64,000 bases of DNA, from positions 64,001 to 128,000 of the forward strand of contig JBBILD010000007.1 in NCBI GenBank assembly GCA_037445065.1. Direction: 5' to 3'. Below the pieces are notes generated by a model. It was not told where the DNA came from and ran no database searches. It saw only the letters and a program-made list of their open reading frames with translations. Of the stretch, positions 19,476 through 29,049 are shown one piece after another; within the stretch, counting starts at the first letter, position 1, and each line of letters begins with the position of its first letter. The translations under genes and the position numbers were made by a program. This DNA is from Myxococcales bacterium (lineage in GTDB: Bacteria > Desulfobacterota > Binatia > HRBIN30).

Positions 19476-20313
19476 GCACGGTCGCCCGGAACATCAGCCG
19501 ATCGAAATCGCGGTAGTCATCCATCGCGTAGTGCTGGACGCTGCGGTTGTCCCAAATCGCCAGTGTGCGCGGCTGCCAGCGCAAACGGCACGTGAACTCC
19601 GGGCGCACACTGTGGGCAAAGAGGAAGTCCAGGACCGCGCGGCTTTCCGCCTCGCTCAGCTCGACGATGCGCTGCGTGAACATCGGGTTCACAAAAATGC
19701 TCTTCCGGCCGCTCTGCGGGTGGGTGCGAATCACGGGGTGGATCACTTCCGAGTAAATCGCCTGCTCGTCGTAGCGATATTGGATCGGAGCCTCGCCGCG
19801 GTATTTGTGCTCGCCGGTCACCCTGGGGTCGTACGCGCGTGCCGCGCTGTGCACGGCGTGCAGGGGGTCCAAAAAGCGCTGCATGGCAGGCGAGAGTGCT
19901 GCGTACGCCCTCTCCATGGAAGCGTACAGCGTGTCGCCTCCGTATGGAGGAATCGTTACTCCGTACAGCAACGAAGCCTTACTCGGTTCTGGGAAGAACG
20001 AGTTGTCCGAGTGCCAGCCCACGCCAAAGCTCGCGGACTCTCCCTTGGGCTTCCACACCCGAACGATTTCCGGATACTCCTCCATGCCTTTGACGATCGG
20101 GTGCACGTCCAGCTCGCCAAAGCGGCGCGCAAAGGCAGCGAGCTGCGCCAAGTCGAGCTGCTGGTCGCGAAAAAAGATCATGCCGAAGTCCACCAAGGCA
20201 GCTTCAATTTCGGCAAACGTTTCGTCATCGAGCGGGGCGGCGAGATTCACCCCGCGCACCTCGGCGCCCATGGCGCCCGACAAAGGCAACACTTCGATTC
20301 GATCGAATTGCAT
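19456..20313 (-). CDS. TauD/TfdA family Fe(II)/2-oxoglutarate dioxygenase
   Basis: 'GAEVRGVNL', 'WHSD', 'GGDTLYA', 'HPVIRTHP', 'WDNRSVQH'. Confidence 0.93.
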   Translation of the reverse strand: MQFDRIEVLPLSGAMGAEVRGVNLAAPLDDETFAEIEAALVDFGMIFFRDQQLDLAQLAAFARRFGELDVHPIVKGMEEYPEIVRVWKPKGESASFGVGWHSDNSFFPEPSKASLLYGVTIPPYGGDTLYASMERAYAALSPAMQRFLDPLHAVHSAARAYDPRVTGEHKYRGEAPIQYRYDEQAIYSEVIHPVIRTHPQSGRKSIFVNPMFTQRIVELSEAESRAVLDFLFAHSVRPEFTCRLRWQPRTLAIWDNRSVQHYAMDDYRDFDRLMFRATVRGDMPR

Positions 20314-20412
20314 CAGAGAAACTCCGCGCGCCTTTTATCGAAGGCCACCGGTACGGAAAAGAGCGCCACCCGGTTGCTTGTCCTTTGCCACCTCTGATTG
20401 AACAGCAGCCCC

Positions 20413-21258
20413 ATGGACGTTCGCACTCTAAAGGGGAAATGGGTGCTGGTCACCGGTGCGGCCAGCGGGATCGGGAAGGCTACCGCCCTGGCCTGCGCGC
20501 GGCGCGGAGCGGATCTCGTGTTGTGCGACCTCAACGAAGGAGGGCTCGCCGAGGTCGCGGCGGCCATCGAGCAGCTCGGCTGCAAAACGCTTGCCCGCCG
20601 CGTCGACGTTTCGGTTCGCCACGAAATGCGCCAGTTCGCCGACTGGGTCGCAAGGGAGGCAGGCGTTTTGGATCTCTTGATCAACAACGCCGGTGTGGGG
20701 CTCGGTGCCAATTTTCTGGACACCCCGCTCGAAGATTGGGACTGGATCGTCAGCATCAACCTGATGGGCGTGGTACACGGGTGCTTCTATTTCATTCCAC
20801 CCATGGTGGAACGCGGTGCGGGAGGTCATGTCGTGAACGTCTCCTCCGCCGCGGGCTACGTGGCAACACCCCCGCTGGCGGCCTACTCGGCGACCAAGTT
20901 TGCCGTGCTGGGCCTCAGCGAAGCGCTGCGGCAGGAGCTGGCCCCGCACCGGATCGGGGTGACGGCCGTCTGCCCCGGAATCATCAACACCCCAATCACG
21001 CGTAGCGCTCGCCTGCGCGGCGCGGCCGCCGACGAGCGCGCGCGCGAGCGTATGGTGCGCTTTTACGAACAGCGCAATTACCCGCCCGAGCGAGTTGCCG
21101 AGAACATCCTCAAGGCCATCCAACGGAACCGCGCAGTGGCGCCTACTTCGCCAGAAGCCTGGGTTTTCTACTACTTGAAGCGATTCGCGCCGGGTCTGAT
21201 CGTACGGCTGAACCGCTGGCTGGCCAGGCGCGCCGGGGCGGTTCCTGGAAGCCGCTAA
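20413..21258 (+). CDS. Short-chain dehydrogenase/reductase
   Basis: TGAASGIG, NNAG, YSATK. Confidence 0.93.
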   Translation: MDVRTLKGKWVLVTGAASGIGKATALACARRGADLVLCDLNEGGLAEVAAAIEQLGCKTLARRVDVSVRHEMRQFADWVAREAGVLDLLINNAGVGLGANFLDTPLEDWDWIVSINLMGVVHGCFYFIPPMVERGAGGHVVNVSSAAGYVATPPLAAYSATKFAVLGLSEALRQELAPHRIGVTAVCPGIINTPITRSARLRGAAADERARERMVRFYEQRNYPPERVAENILKAIQRNRAVAPTSPEAWVFYYLKRFAPGLIVRLNRWLARRAGAVPGSR

Positions 21259-21271
21259 GTCCGCGGCTCGC

Positions 21272-22666
21272 TCAAGCCTCGCGAATCGCGGCAATCAAAT
21301 CGAGAATCGCCTTCTTCCCGTCGGCAAAGTACATCAAGGTGTTGTCCGCCGCGAATAACGGGTTGGGCACGCCGGCGAACCCCGGCGAAAGCGAGCGTTT
21401 CACCACCACCACCGTGCGCGCCTTGTCCACGTCGAGAATCGGCATTCCAGCGATCGGGCCGCTCTGCGCATCGCGGGCGAGCGGGTTGACCACATCGTTC
21501 GCGCCGATCACGATAGCCACATCGGTTTGCTCGAAGAGCGGATTGGCCTCCTCCATGGTCAGCATTTTCTCGTACGGCACATCCGCTTCGGCCAACAGCA
21601 CGTTCATGTGCCCCGGCATGCGTCCAGCCACCGGATGGATCGCGAACAACACCTCGGTGCCGCGCGATTCGAGCAGCTTCATCAAGTCGCGCACCGCGTG
21701 CTGGGCCTGCGCAACCGCCATCCCGTAGCCGGGCACGATGATCACCCGGCGGGCGTTCTCCAGGGTCATCGCCACCTCTTCGGCGCTCACGCTCTTGATG
21801 CGACCGGCGTAAATGTCCTCTTCTGCCTGTGCCCCCGCCGCCACCACACCCACGCCCCCGAACAAGACATTGGGCAGGGAACGATTCATCGCCCTGCACA
21901 TGATTTGGGTGAGGATGATGCCGCTCGCGCCGACCAAGGAGCCGGCGATAATCAGCATGTTGTTGTTCAGAACGAACCCGGTGGCGCACCCGGCAAGGCC
22001 GGAATACGAGTTGAGCAGGGAGATGACCACCGGCATGTCGGCGCCGCCGATGGGAATCACGGTGAGCACTCCCAGCACCGAGGACAACGCCACCACCACC
22101 CAGTACAGCCACAACTGCTCTGGCTGCGCGACCACCCCTGCGCTCAACACCAACACGGCGAGCGCCAGCAGCGCATTCCAGACGTGCCGTCCCGGCAACA
22201 GGATCGGCTGCCCGGGCATGATTTCCTGCAGCTTGGCAAACGCGACGAGCGAGCCCCAAAAGGTGACGGCACCGATGAGCCCAGAGGCAGCGGTGGCAAC
22301 GGTCAACTGTAACGTAACCGGGCGCTCGGCAATCCCCACCGCTTCGATCAAGGCTGCTCCCGCCACCAACACCGAAGCCCCGCCACCGAACCCGTTGAGC
22401 AGCGCCACCATCTGCGGCATCGCGGTCATGCGGATGCGGTAGGCAAGCAGCGCTCCGATCACCGAGCCGAGGAGCAAGCCGGCAAAAATGCCCGCGTACG
22501 ACAGCACTTGGCGGTCGAGCAAGGTGAACACGATGGCGATGAGCATGCCCACCGCGGCGATGCCGTTGCCGCGCCGCGCCGTGCGCGGGTGACTGAGTTC
22601 TTTGAGGCCCCAAATGAACAGCAGGGCCGCAATCAGATACGCAACGTTAATGACCGCTAGCGGCAC
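21272..22666 (-). CDS. pntB: NAD(P) transhydrogenase subunit beta
   Basis: 'MTAMPQMVALLNGFGG', 'IGGADMPVVISLLNSYSG', 'HPVAGRMPGHMNVLLAEA', 'IGANDVVNP'. Confidence 0.97.
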   Translation of the reverse strand: MPLAVINVAYLIAALLFIWGLKELSHPRTARRGNGIAAVGMLIAIVFTLLDRQVLSYAGIFAGLLLGSVIGALLAYRIRMTAMPQMVALLNGFGGGASVLVAGAALIEAVGIAERPVTLQLTVATAASGLIGAVTFWGSLVAFAKLQEIMPGQPILLPGRHVWNALLALAVLVLSAGVVAQPEQLWLYWVVVALSSVLGVLTVIPIGGADMPVVISLLNSYSGLAGCATGFVLNNNMLIIAGSLVGASGIILTQIMCRAMNRSLPNVLFGGVGVVAAGAQAEEDIYAGRIKSVSAEEVAMTLENARRVIIVPGYGMAVAQAQHAVRDLMKLLESRGTEVLFAIHPVAGRMPGHMNVLLAEADVPYEKMLTMEEANPLFEQTDVAIVIGANDVVNPLARDAQSGPIAGMPILDVDKARTVVVVKRSLSPGFAGVPNPLFAADNTLMYFADGKKAILDLIAAIREA

Positions 22667-22669
22667 CGC

Positions 22670-22951
22670 TCAGTCCTTCCGTCGGAACATGCCGAGCATG
22701 CGGTCGGTCACCAGGAAGCCGCCCACCACGTTGATCATCGCGAACACCACCGCGAGAAAGCCCAGAATCGCGGTGAGCAACGTGTGCTGCATGCCCAAAG
22801 AAAGGATCGCGCCCACGATGGTGATCCCCGAGATCGCGTTCGAGCCAGACATGAGCGGCGTATGCAGGGTGGGCGGCACCTTACTGATCACTTCGAAACC
22901 CACCAGGATGGCAAGCACAAAAATGGTCAGCACGTTTACAAACTGTTCCAT
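22670..22951 (-). CDS. pntAB: NAD(P) transhydrogenase subunit alpha part 2 (membrane)
   Basis: 'KVPPTLHTPLMSGSNAISG', 'NVVGGFLVTDRMLGMF'; GGAGGAGG RBS before ATG 22951. Confidence 0.95.
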   Translation of the reverse strand: MEQFVNVLTIFVLAILVGFEVISKVPPTLHTPLMSGSNAISGITIVGAILSLGMQHTLLTAILGFLAVVFAMINVVGGFLVTDRMLGMFRRKD

Positions 22952-22961
22952 TGCCTCCTCC

Positions 22962-24119
22962 TCACGTAAGCTGCGCCAAGGCAGCGCGGACCGCCGGGTG
23001 TACGACTTCTCCATCCCGCACCACCAGCGTTTCGCGCACGATTTCGTCTTGGGCGTCGAACGAAATCTGGCCTTGGCGCATGAGGTGCAAGAAAAAGGTC
23101 GTGAGATTGTTCGAGTACATTTGGCTTGCATGCAGGGGCACGGTGCTCGCCAAGTTCACCGCTCCCACGATGCGCACACCGGCCACCACGATTTCCTCCT
23201 CCGGCTGGGTGAGCGCGCAGTTGCCGCCCCGCTCTGCCGCCAAGTCAACGATCACCGAGTCCGGCTTCATGGAGCGCACCATTTCCTCGGTTACCAGCAC
23301 CGGCGCTTTGCGCCCCGGCACTGCCGCGGTCGTGATCACCACGTCGCTCTCCGCCACTCCGCGCGAGAGCAGTTCGCGCTGTTTCTGGTAAAAGGATTCG
23401 TCTTGTGCCTTGGCGTACCCACCCTTGTCTTCCGCTTCCGCCACCTCGAGCGGCAGCTCCAAGAAACGAGCACCGAGGCTCAGCACCTGCTCTTTGACTG
23501 CCGGCCGAATGTCGTATGCGTACACCACGGCTCCCAGCTTGCGAGCGGTGGCAATCGCCTGCAAACCGGCCACACCCGCACCTAAGACGAGCACGCGCGC
23601 TGGCTGCAGGGTGCCCGCCGCAGTCATCATCATGGGGAAGAGTTTCGGCAAGCGGTCCGCGGCAAGCACCACTGCCTTGTACCCGCTGACGGTCGCCATG
23701 GAGGAAAGGGCGTCCATGCTTTGCGCGCGGGTAATGCGTGGCATCAGTTCGACCGCGAACACGTTCACCCCCGCCTTCGCCAGCCGTGCGATCGCCTCCG
23801 GCGCGCCGAGAGGGCGCTGAAACCCGATCAGCACGCATCCGGGGCGAAGCCGGGGCAGATCATCCGCACCTGTTTTCGGATTCGCCCCCAAGCCCAGCAC
23901 CTGGAAGATCACGTGGGCGCGGGCAAAGACTTCCTCCCGGCTCGGCACAATCTCCGCCCCCTTCTCCGCGTACTGTGCATCCGGAAAGCCCGCCTGCACA
24001 CCCGCTCCGCTTTGCACCACAACCTGGCAGCCGGCTTTTTGCAAAGCCGGGAGCGAGGCGGGCACTAGGGCCACACGCCGCTCCCCAGGGTACGACTCCC
24101 TCGGCACGCCCACAATCAT
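22962..24119 (-). CDS. pntAA: NAD(P) transhydrogenase subunit alpha part 1 (domain I)
   Basis: 'GERRVALVP', 'RITRAQSMDALSSMA', 'GAGVAGLQAIATA', 'VDLAAERGGNC'. Confidence 0.96.
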   Translation of the reverse strand: MIVGVPRESYPGERRVALVPASLPALQKAGCQVVVQSGAGVQAGFPDAQYAEKGAEIVPSREEVFARAHVIFQVLGLGANPKTGADDLPRLRPGCVLIGFQRPLGAPEAIARLAKAGVNVFAVELMPRITRAQSMDALSSMATVSGYKAVVLAADRLPKLFPMMMTAAGTLQPARVLVLGAGVAGLQAIATARKLGAVVYAYDIRPAVKEQVLSLGARFLELPLEVAEAEDKGGYAKAQDESFYQKQRELLSRGVAESDVVITTAAVPGRKAPVLVTEEMVRSMKPDSVIVDLAAERGGNCALTQPEEEIVVAGVRIVGAVNLASTVPLHASQMYSNNLTTFFLHLMRQGQISFDAQDEIVRETLVVRDGEVVHPAVRAALAQLT

Positions 24120-24150
24120 GCGTCTCCTCCTGCCATCGGCCTTGCCCGCC

Positions 24151-24189
24151 GGGTAAACTCGGGAAGTTTACCCAAAGCAAGAGTTTTGT
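24151..24189 (-). promoter_or_regulatory. Candidate pnt promoter overlapped by a perfect 9-5-9 inverted repeat
   Basis: GGGTAAACT-cggga-AGTTTACCC at 24151-24173; minus strand reads GTGACA-N16-TAAACT. Confidence 0.45.
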
Positions 24190-24338
24190 CACCTAGGATT
24201 CGGCCCAATAGACCTTTTCTGCAGTGGCCTGCCACACGTCGGTCTTGGGATTCGTTCCCGCGACCGGCTGGCTGCGCGCGTCTTGCCAGGCGCAGCGCCC
24301 AGCAAGATCCCGAATCGGGCACATGCCAACGGGCGGCA

Positions 24339-25118
24339 CTAGGATCCAGTGGCGTGGTCGTTCCGGGTGGGCTCTGACCAAGCCTTTGGCGGATGCCACT
24401 CTGCCTCTGGCTCCACGCGGCAGGGAACGGCCCACGGCGCCGCAGTGTTTTCCGGCTGCCGTACCTCGGCCGTCGTAACGCCTCCGCGCCGCCCGTCGGT
24501 CACTGAGGCCAAGAGCCGCGCCTTCCGCACCACCGCAGCCATGCACGCCTGCGAGGCGATCCCGTTGCAGTCTACGCCAGAGGGCAACTCCAGCGCAAAC
24601 TCGCCCGTAGCACTGACCTCCTGCCGGTCCGCCAGCGGCAAGCGGCAGCCGGCCACTTCGGAGAAAAGAACCAAGCCGCTTCCGTTCCCGCGGCAGACCA
24701 AGCGGATCGCCCCTCCCGACGGGCAGGCCGCCTCGGCTTGTTGGGCAAAAAACGCCCGCAACGCCGCACTGGCAAGCGCAAGAAACAACGGCGGAGGCGC
24801 GCCATCGGTGCTCCGCGGCTGGGCCGGCTCTTCCACCACCCGAAGCAGCCCTGGCCACGCGGGCGGCTGGAGGACCAAAGCGGTTTCACCCGGAACGCGT
24901 GCAGCCCAAAACAAGCCGACGACGGTCACCGCGCGCAGCATTGCCCGTGATTGTCTTCTAAACCGCATGAGCAGCGGCCGGTAACAGGAGCACAAGGGTT
25001 TTGCCATGCGTTCCTCTTGCGCAGCGAAGAGGATGCCAACTCTTTCGCTCATTGCCGGCTCGTGTCCCGCACGGGTTTCGGTGGCATCGCCTGTGTCGGC
25101 CCCTGACACCGGTGCCAC
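24339..25118 (-). CDS. Hypothetical Cys-containing protein (possibly degenerate or exported)
   Basis: Fills the gap between the MBL gene and pntAA on the same strand; no recognisable motif; start uncertain. Confidence 0.3.
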   Translation of the reverse strand: MAPVSGADTGDATETRAGHEPAMSERVGILFAAQEERMAKPLCSCYRPLLMRFRRQSRAMLRAVTVVGLFWAARVPGETALVLQPPAWPGLLRVVEEPAQPRSTDGAPPPLFLALASAALRAFFAQQAEAACPSGGAIRLVCRGNGSGLVLFSEVAGCRLPLADRQEVSATGEFALELPSGVDCNGIASQACMAAVVRKARLLASVTDGRRGGVTTAEVRQPENTAAPWAVPCRVEPEAEWHPPKAWSEPTRNDHATGS

Positions 25119-25158
25119 AATGCGCGCGCTCGAGCCTCTCCCCGAGTCCCGCGGTGCG

Positions 25159-26028
25159 TCACGCCAAGTCTACCTTCAAGCCTCGCGAGGCCAGGTCGGT
25201 CGCCGTGAACACGCGACGCGCTTGGCGTACTAGCTCGACCAAGGCGCGATCGTCGTGCGACGGGTCGTGGTGAAACAGGAGCAACCTCTCGACACCGGCA
25301 GCCCGCGCCACCTCGGCGGCAATGCGGACCGTGCTGTGGCCCCATCCGACTTTGCCCTTGCGCGCGGCAGCGTACTCTTCGTCGGTATACTGGGCGTCGT
25401 GTACCAGAACCGCAGCTCCCTGCGCGAAGCGCACGACGTCTTCAAACCCCTTCCCCACCGCCTCGATGTCGGTCGCGTACACCAGGGCACGGCCCGCGCA
25501 CTCGACCCGGTATAGAGCCACGCCCAGCTTCGGGTGTGCGCCGCTGATCTGCACCCTGACCCGCGCTGGCGGCCGCCCAGCGAAGCGAAGCACCGCGTGC
25601 CTCGCCAGTGAACGAATCTGTGGGCGGGCGGGCAGCTCCGGCCATTCGACCGGGAAAAAAGCCGGCGACATAGCCATGCGCAGCACGCGTTCGGGTAGAA
25701 ACCCGTGCAGCTTCGGGCCATGGATCCGACAGCGCCAGCCGCGCTCGTACAGAGGCGCGAAAAAGCGCAGACCGTCAATGTGATCGTGGTGGTAGTGACT
25801 CAGGAACACCTCCACCCGGCGATTTCCAGGTTCGCGGAGTAACGCTTGGCCGAGGCCAATTAGGCCCGTCCCCGCATCGAACACCAGCAGGCGGCCTCCG
25901 GCGCGCACTTCCACGCACACCGAGTTGCCACCAACCCGTACCGTGCTCGGCCCTGGCGTGGGATGGCTCCCGCGTACGCCCCAGAAGCGCACCCAGAACC
26001 GCCCCTCGTCCGTTCCCTCCCCGAGCAT
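25159..26028 (-). CDS. MBL-fold metallo-hydrolase (phosphodiesterase-like)
   Basis: 'VRFWGVRGSHPTPG', 'DAGTG', 'SHYHHDHIDG', 'YATDIE', 'WGHS', 'FHHDP'. Confidence 0.9.
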   Translation of the reverse strand: MLGEGTDEGRFWVRFWGVRGSHPTPGPSTVRVGGNSVCVEVRAGGRLLVFDAGTGLIGLGQALLREPGNRRVEVFLSHYHHDHIDGLRFFAPLYERGWRCRIHGPKLHGFLPERVLRMAMSPAFFPVEWPELPARPQIRSLARHAVLRFAGRPPARVRVQISGAHPKLGVALYRVECAGRALVYATDIEAVGKGFEDVVRFAQGAAVLVHDAQYTDEEYAAARKGKVGWGHSTVRIAAEVARAAGVERLLLFHHDPSHDDRALVELVRQARRVFTATDLASRGLKVDLA

Positions 26029-26211
26029 GTGACCTTTCCACCGCCTACCAGCCCGCCTGAAGCAAAGCAACGAGAAGTTCGCGGGGGGGAAACCCGAGCC
26101 CCGGCGCTGAGCCCGTGGCCAGGGAGCAGAAGGCCCGCCACCAGGGGTCACGCTCCGGGCAGAGCACAGGCACCAGCGGCCGCAGCCACTGCAGGCAACG
26201 AACCAGCGGCG

Positions 26212-26859
26212 CTATTCCGGAGCCATCACCGCGCCCAGCGCTCGCACTACGGTGTCCACGAAGCCTCGGATTTCGGCTTCCTGGCGCCCCGAGAGCTGCA
26301 TCTGCACGACCATATGTGCACCGCTGATCATGAGCCGCGCGCCGAGTACCGGGTCGAGCCCCCGGTTGAGCGTACCCTCGCGCTGGCCGCGGGCAATCGT
26401 GCCGGCAATGATCGCCTCCACTTGGTCTTGAAACGCCAAGTAAAGAGGCCACTCCCGATCCCGGATCGAGGTGCTCCAGTGCAGCCAAACGCGCGCGTAA
26501 GCCGGATGGGTGCGCACTGAGTCGGCGAAGGCACGCGCGTGTGCCAACAAGACGGCATCTGCTGGCTCTTGCACTCGCTCGTGAACTTGGGCCGCCTGAT
26601 CCCGATAAAAGCGACTCACTTCTCTCAACACTGCCTCGACCAAGCTCCGCCGGCTGGGGAAGTACACAAAGGTCGTTGCCAGCGAGACTCCGGCACGACG
26701 AGCAATCTCCGCGTGCCTGGCTTCACCAATTCCCCTTTGGGCGAACACTTCGAGAGCACACTCGAGGAGCTGTGCGCGGCGCCGCTCCGGCGCCAATCGC
26801 GAGGCCCGCCGCCTGCGCTCCGAAGCTCGCTTCCCTGCCTGCCGACCCCCACGCGGCAT
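26212..26859 (-). CDS. TetR/AcrR family transcriptional regulator
   Basis: 'LLECALEVFAQRG...EIARRAGVSLATTFVYFPSR' HTH; AGGAG RBS. Confidence 0.92.
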   Translation of the reverse strand: MPRGGRQAGKRASERRRRASRLAPERRRAQLLECALEVFAQRGIGEARHAEIARRAGVSLATTFVYFPSRRSLVEAVLREVSRFYRDQAAQVHERVQEPADAVLLAHARAFADSVRTHPAYARVWLHWSTSIRDREWPLYLAFQDQVEAIIAGTIARGQREGTLNRGLDPVLGARLMISGAHMVVQMQLSGRQEAEIRGFVDTVVRALGAVMAPE

Positions 26860-27396
26860 AACCGCTCCTTACTACCAGAACCGCGTCGCACCAAGAGACT
26901 GCCACGCACCGGCCTTTCGGCGGCCACCCCGGCGCCGGCTTTCCGCTCTCATTTTTGGGGCGGGGCTGTGTTGGGATGCCCTTGCCGTGGGAATGCTGAC
27001 CCGAGTCTGCCCATTTTCAACGGCAGGTACGCACCGGAACGATCCCTCCCGTCGCCCAAACCAAAGCTGTAGGCTCGCAGCGTTCCTCCGCCTCAGAAGC
27101 CACACCCGCAGCGTGCACCTGTGTCGCAACGGTCACCGGACTCGGCGTCTATGGGAGCTGTGGCGCCACCTTCCGGCCCTGCAGCGTGCGCACATGTCAC
27201 TGAAGTCTCGTCGGGGCGGCTCGACCCGCTTGCCCTGCGGTACTCAGTCCGAACCCCTCCGCCGTCTGCCGCTCGGACCGGGCAGCGGTGATGGGGGCTG
27301 CGAAAAACCGCGGGACCCGCGCTCCGGCTCATGTCGAGGGCGTTCTGTTCCGGTGCAGATCCCGCTCGGAACCCCGGGGCTGGCGGCGAGGTGGCT

Positions 27397-27432
27397 GTCC
27401 ACGGAACCAGTCCACGGAACCACACGGAACCA
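27397..27432. repeat. Short tandem repeat (GTC)CACGGAACCA x3
   Basis: GTCCACGGAACCA 27397-27409, GTCCACGGAACCA 27410-27422, CACGGAACCA 27423-27432. Confidence 0.75.
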
Positions 27433-27996
27433 CCGCGGCACGCAAGGAAACGGGCCTGCCTGCGCAGTGCAGCATTGCCGCAGAGACGCCGTGCTCGCTC
27501 CTCTCTGAACGGACCGCTGGCCCTTCGCCACCCGCCGCTCACGGCTCGCAGCCACGAGGGGCACCGTCACCCATCTCGGAGGCGCGCCGCCGTACCGGTC
27601 GTGGTCGGTCATCTCGGAACGGCCCGTTCCCCATGCGCAATTCACCGTTTCTTGCTCATCGCTGGTTGCGGCATCCGCATGAGCCTGCGGAACGACCGTT
27701 CACCCTCACTAGTGGCCGTTCGCTTAGGGCTGCATTGACTCGATATGTGCGCTTGCGGTACGCGCTGCCAGCGGTGAGACGAGCATCACGGCAGCCGACG
27801 CTCCGCGCACGCAGCCGCGTGCCGCGTTTCGCTCGACGCCGACACAGCGGTGACCGTAGCCCGTCGGACAATGACCTCGACCCGACAAGGAGCCGTTTCC
27901 GGCGCATGCCGCGCCGCCCGCATGGCTGCGTTCTCTCGCGAACGCGCGGCCGCTAAGTACACGCACCATCAAGAAGATTCCTAGGAGGTTTTCACC

Positions 27997-28638
27997 GTGG
28001 AAGGGTTGAGCGTACTCGACTTGATCCAGCAGGGCTGGATCGCAACATACCCGTTGCTGCTTTTCTCCGTGGCAACCGTGACCATTATCCTCGAGCGCGC
28101 CTGGTCGTTGCGCGGGCTGATCCCCAGCACGTTGAGCTTGGCGGAACAAGTGCGGGCACCGCTCGAACAAGGCAACTTCCGGGCTGCCCTAGAAGCCGCG
28201 CAAGCTGCCAATGGAACCCCGGCCGGCCGTATCTTCACCGACGTCATTACCCGGCATCAGTCCGACTCTCTGGAGTATCTTTCCGATTTGACGGAGGACA
28301 AGCGCTTCGAAGAAATCGAGGCGCTCAAGGGTCCGCTGTGGGTACTGGGGACGGTCAGCAGCTCCGCGCCGTTCATCGGCCTGTTCGGCACCGTGATCGG
28401 CATCATCAAAGCGTTTCACAACATGGCGGTGATGGGAAGCGGTGGCTTTTCTGTGGTGGCTGCGGGCATTTCCGAAGCTCTGGTGGCCACGGCTCTCGGG
28501 CTCGGCGTCGCCATCCTGGCGCTGATTTTCTACAACTATTTTCAGACCCAAATCGAGCGCATCGAGGCGGCGCTCACCATCGCCTGCAACCGGGTGCTCG
28601 ATGCCATCCATCTGGGGAGGCAGAACCATGGCGTTTAA
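27997..28638 (+). CDS. MotA/TolQ/ExbB proton channel protein
   Basis: 'LGTVSSSAPFIGLFGTVIGIIKAF', 'GISEALVATALGLGVAI'; AGGAGG RBS. Confidence 0.95.
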   Translation: MEGLSVLDLIQQGWIATYPLLLFSVATVTIILERAWSLRGLIPSTLSLAEQVRAPLEQGNFRAALEAAQAANGTPAGRIFTDVITRHQSDSLEYLSDLTEDKRFEEIEALKGPLWVLGTVSSSAPFIGLFGTVIGIIKAFHNMAVMGSGGFSVVAAGISEALVATALGLGVAILALIFYNYFQTQIERIEAALTIACNRVLDAIHLGRQNHGV

Positions 28639-29047
28639 TGCCCGTCACCGGGGCCATAAAGGCATCGTCTCGGAAATCAACATCACACCCCTGACCGACA
28701 TCTTCCTCGTGCTGCTGATCATCTTCATGGTAACCAGCGCCGCGATGGTGGAGTCCGGCGCGAAAATCAGTCTCCCTGAGGTGGATTCCACGGCCGCGCA
28801 ACCGCGCGAAATCACCATCACGGTGACCCCGCAAAACGACGTGTACGTCAACGCCCAACTCACCCCCTATGAACAGTTGGAAGACACCTTGCGGCAACTC
28901 ATTCAGAATCGCCCGGACGTACCGGTGGTGCTGGAGGGGGACCGCGAGGTTTTGTTCGGACAGGCGGTAAAAATCCTCGCACTGGCGCAAAAGGCGGGCG
29001 CCTCGCAAATCGCGATTGCCGCTCAGCCGCGGCGCGCAGCTCCCTGA
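28628..29047 (+). CDS. ExbD/TolR family protein
   Basis: 'EINITPLTDIFLVLLIIFMV' with the conserved Asp; periplasmic 'LEGDREVLFG'. Confidence 0.95.
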   Translation: MAFNARHRGHKGIVSEINITPLTDIFLVLLIIFMVTSAAMVESGAKISLPEVDSTAAQPREITITVTPQNDVYVNAQLTPYEQLEDTLRQLIQNRPDVPVVLEGDREVLFGQAVKILALAQKAGASQIAIAAQPRRAAP

Positions 29048-29049
29048 GT

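Noticed and set aside
27397..27432. Repeat cluster as a CRISPR array
   Set aside because: Units are 10-13 bp with no spacers and no cas genes nearby
27997..29047. ExbBD pair as the dedicated energiser of the nearby BtuB
   Set aside because: No TonB C-terminal domain in the operon, opposite strand, outside riboswitch control; not excluded but unsupported
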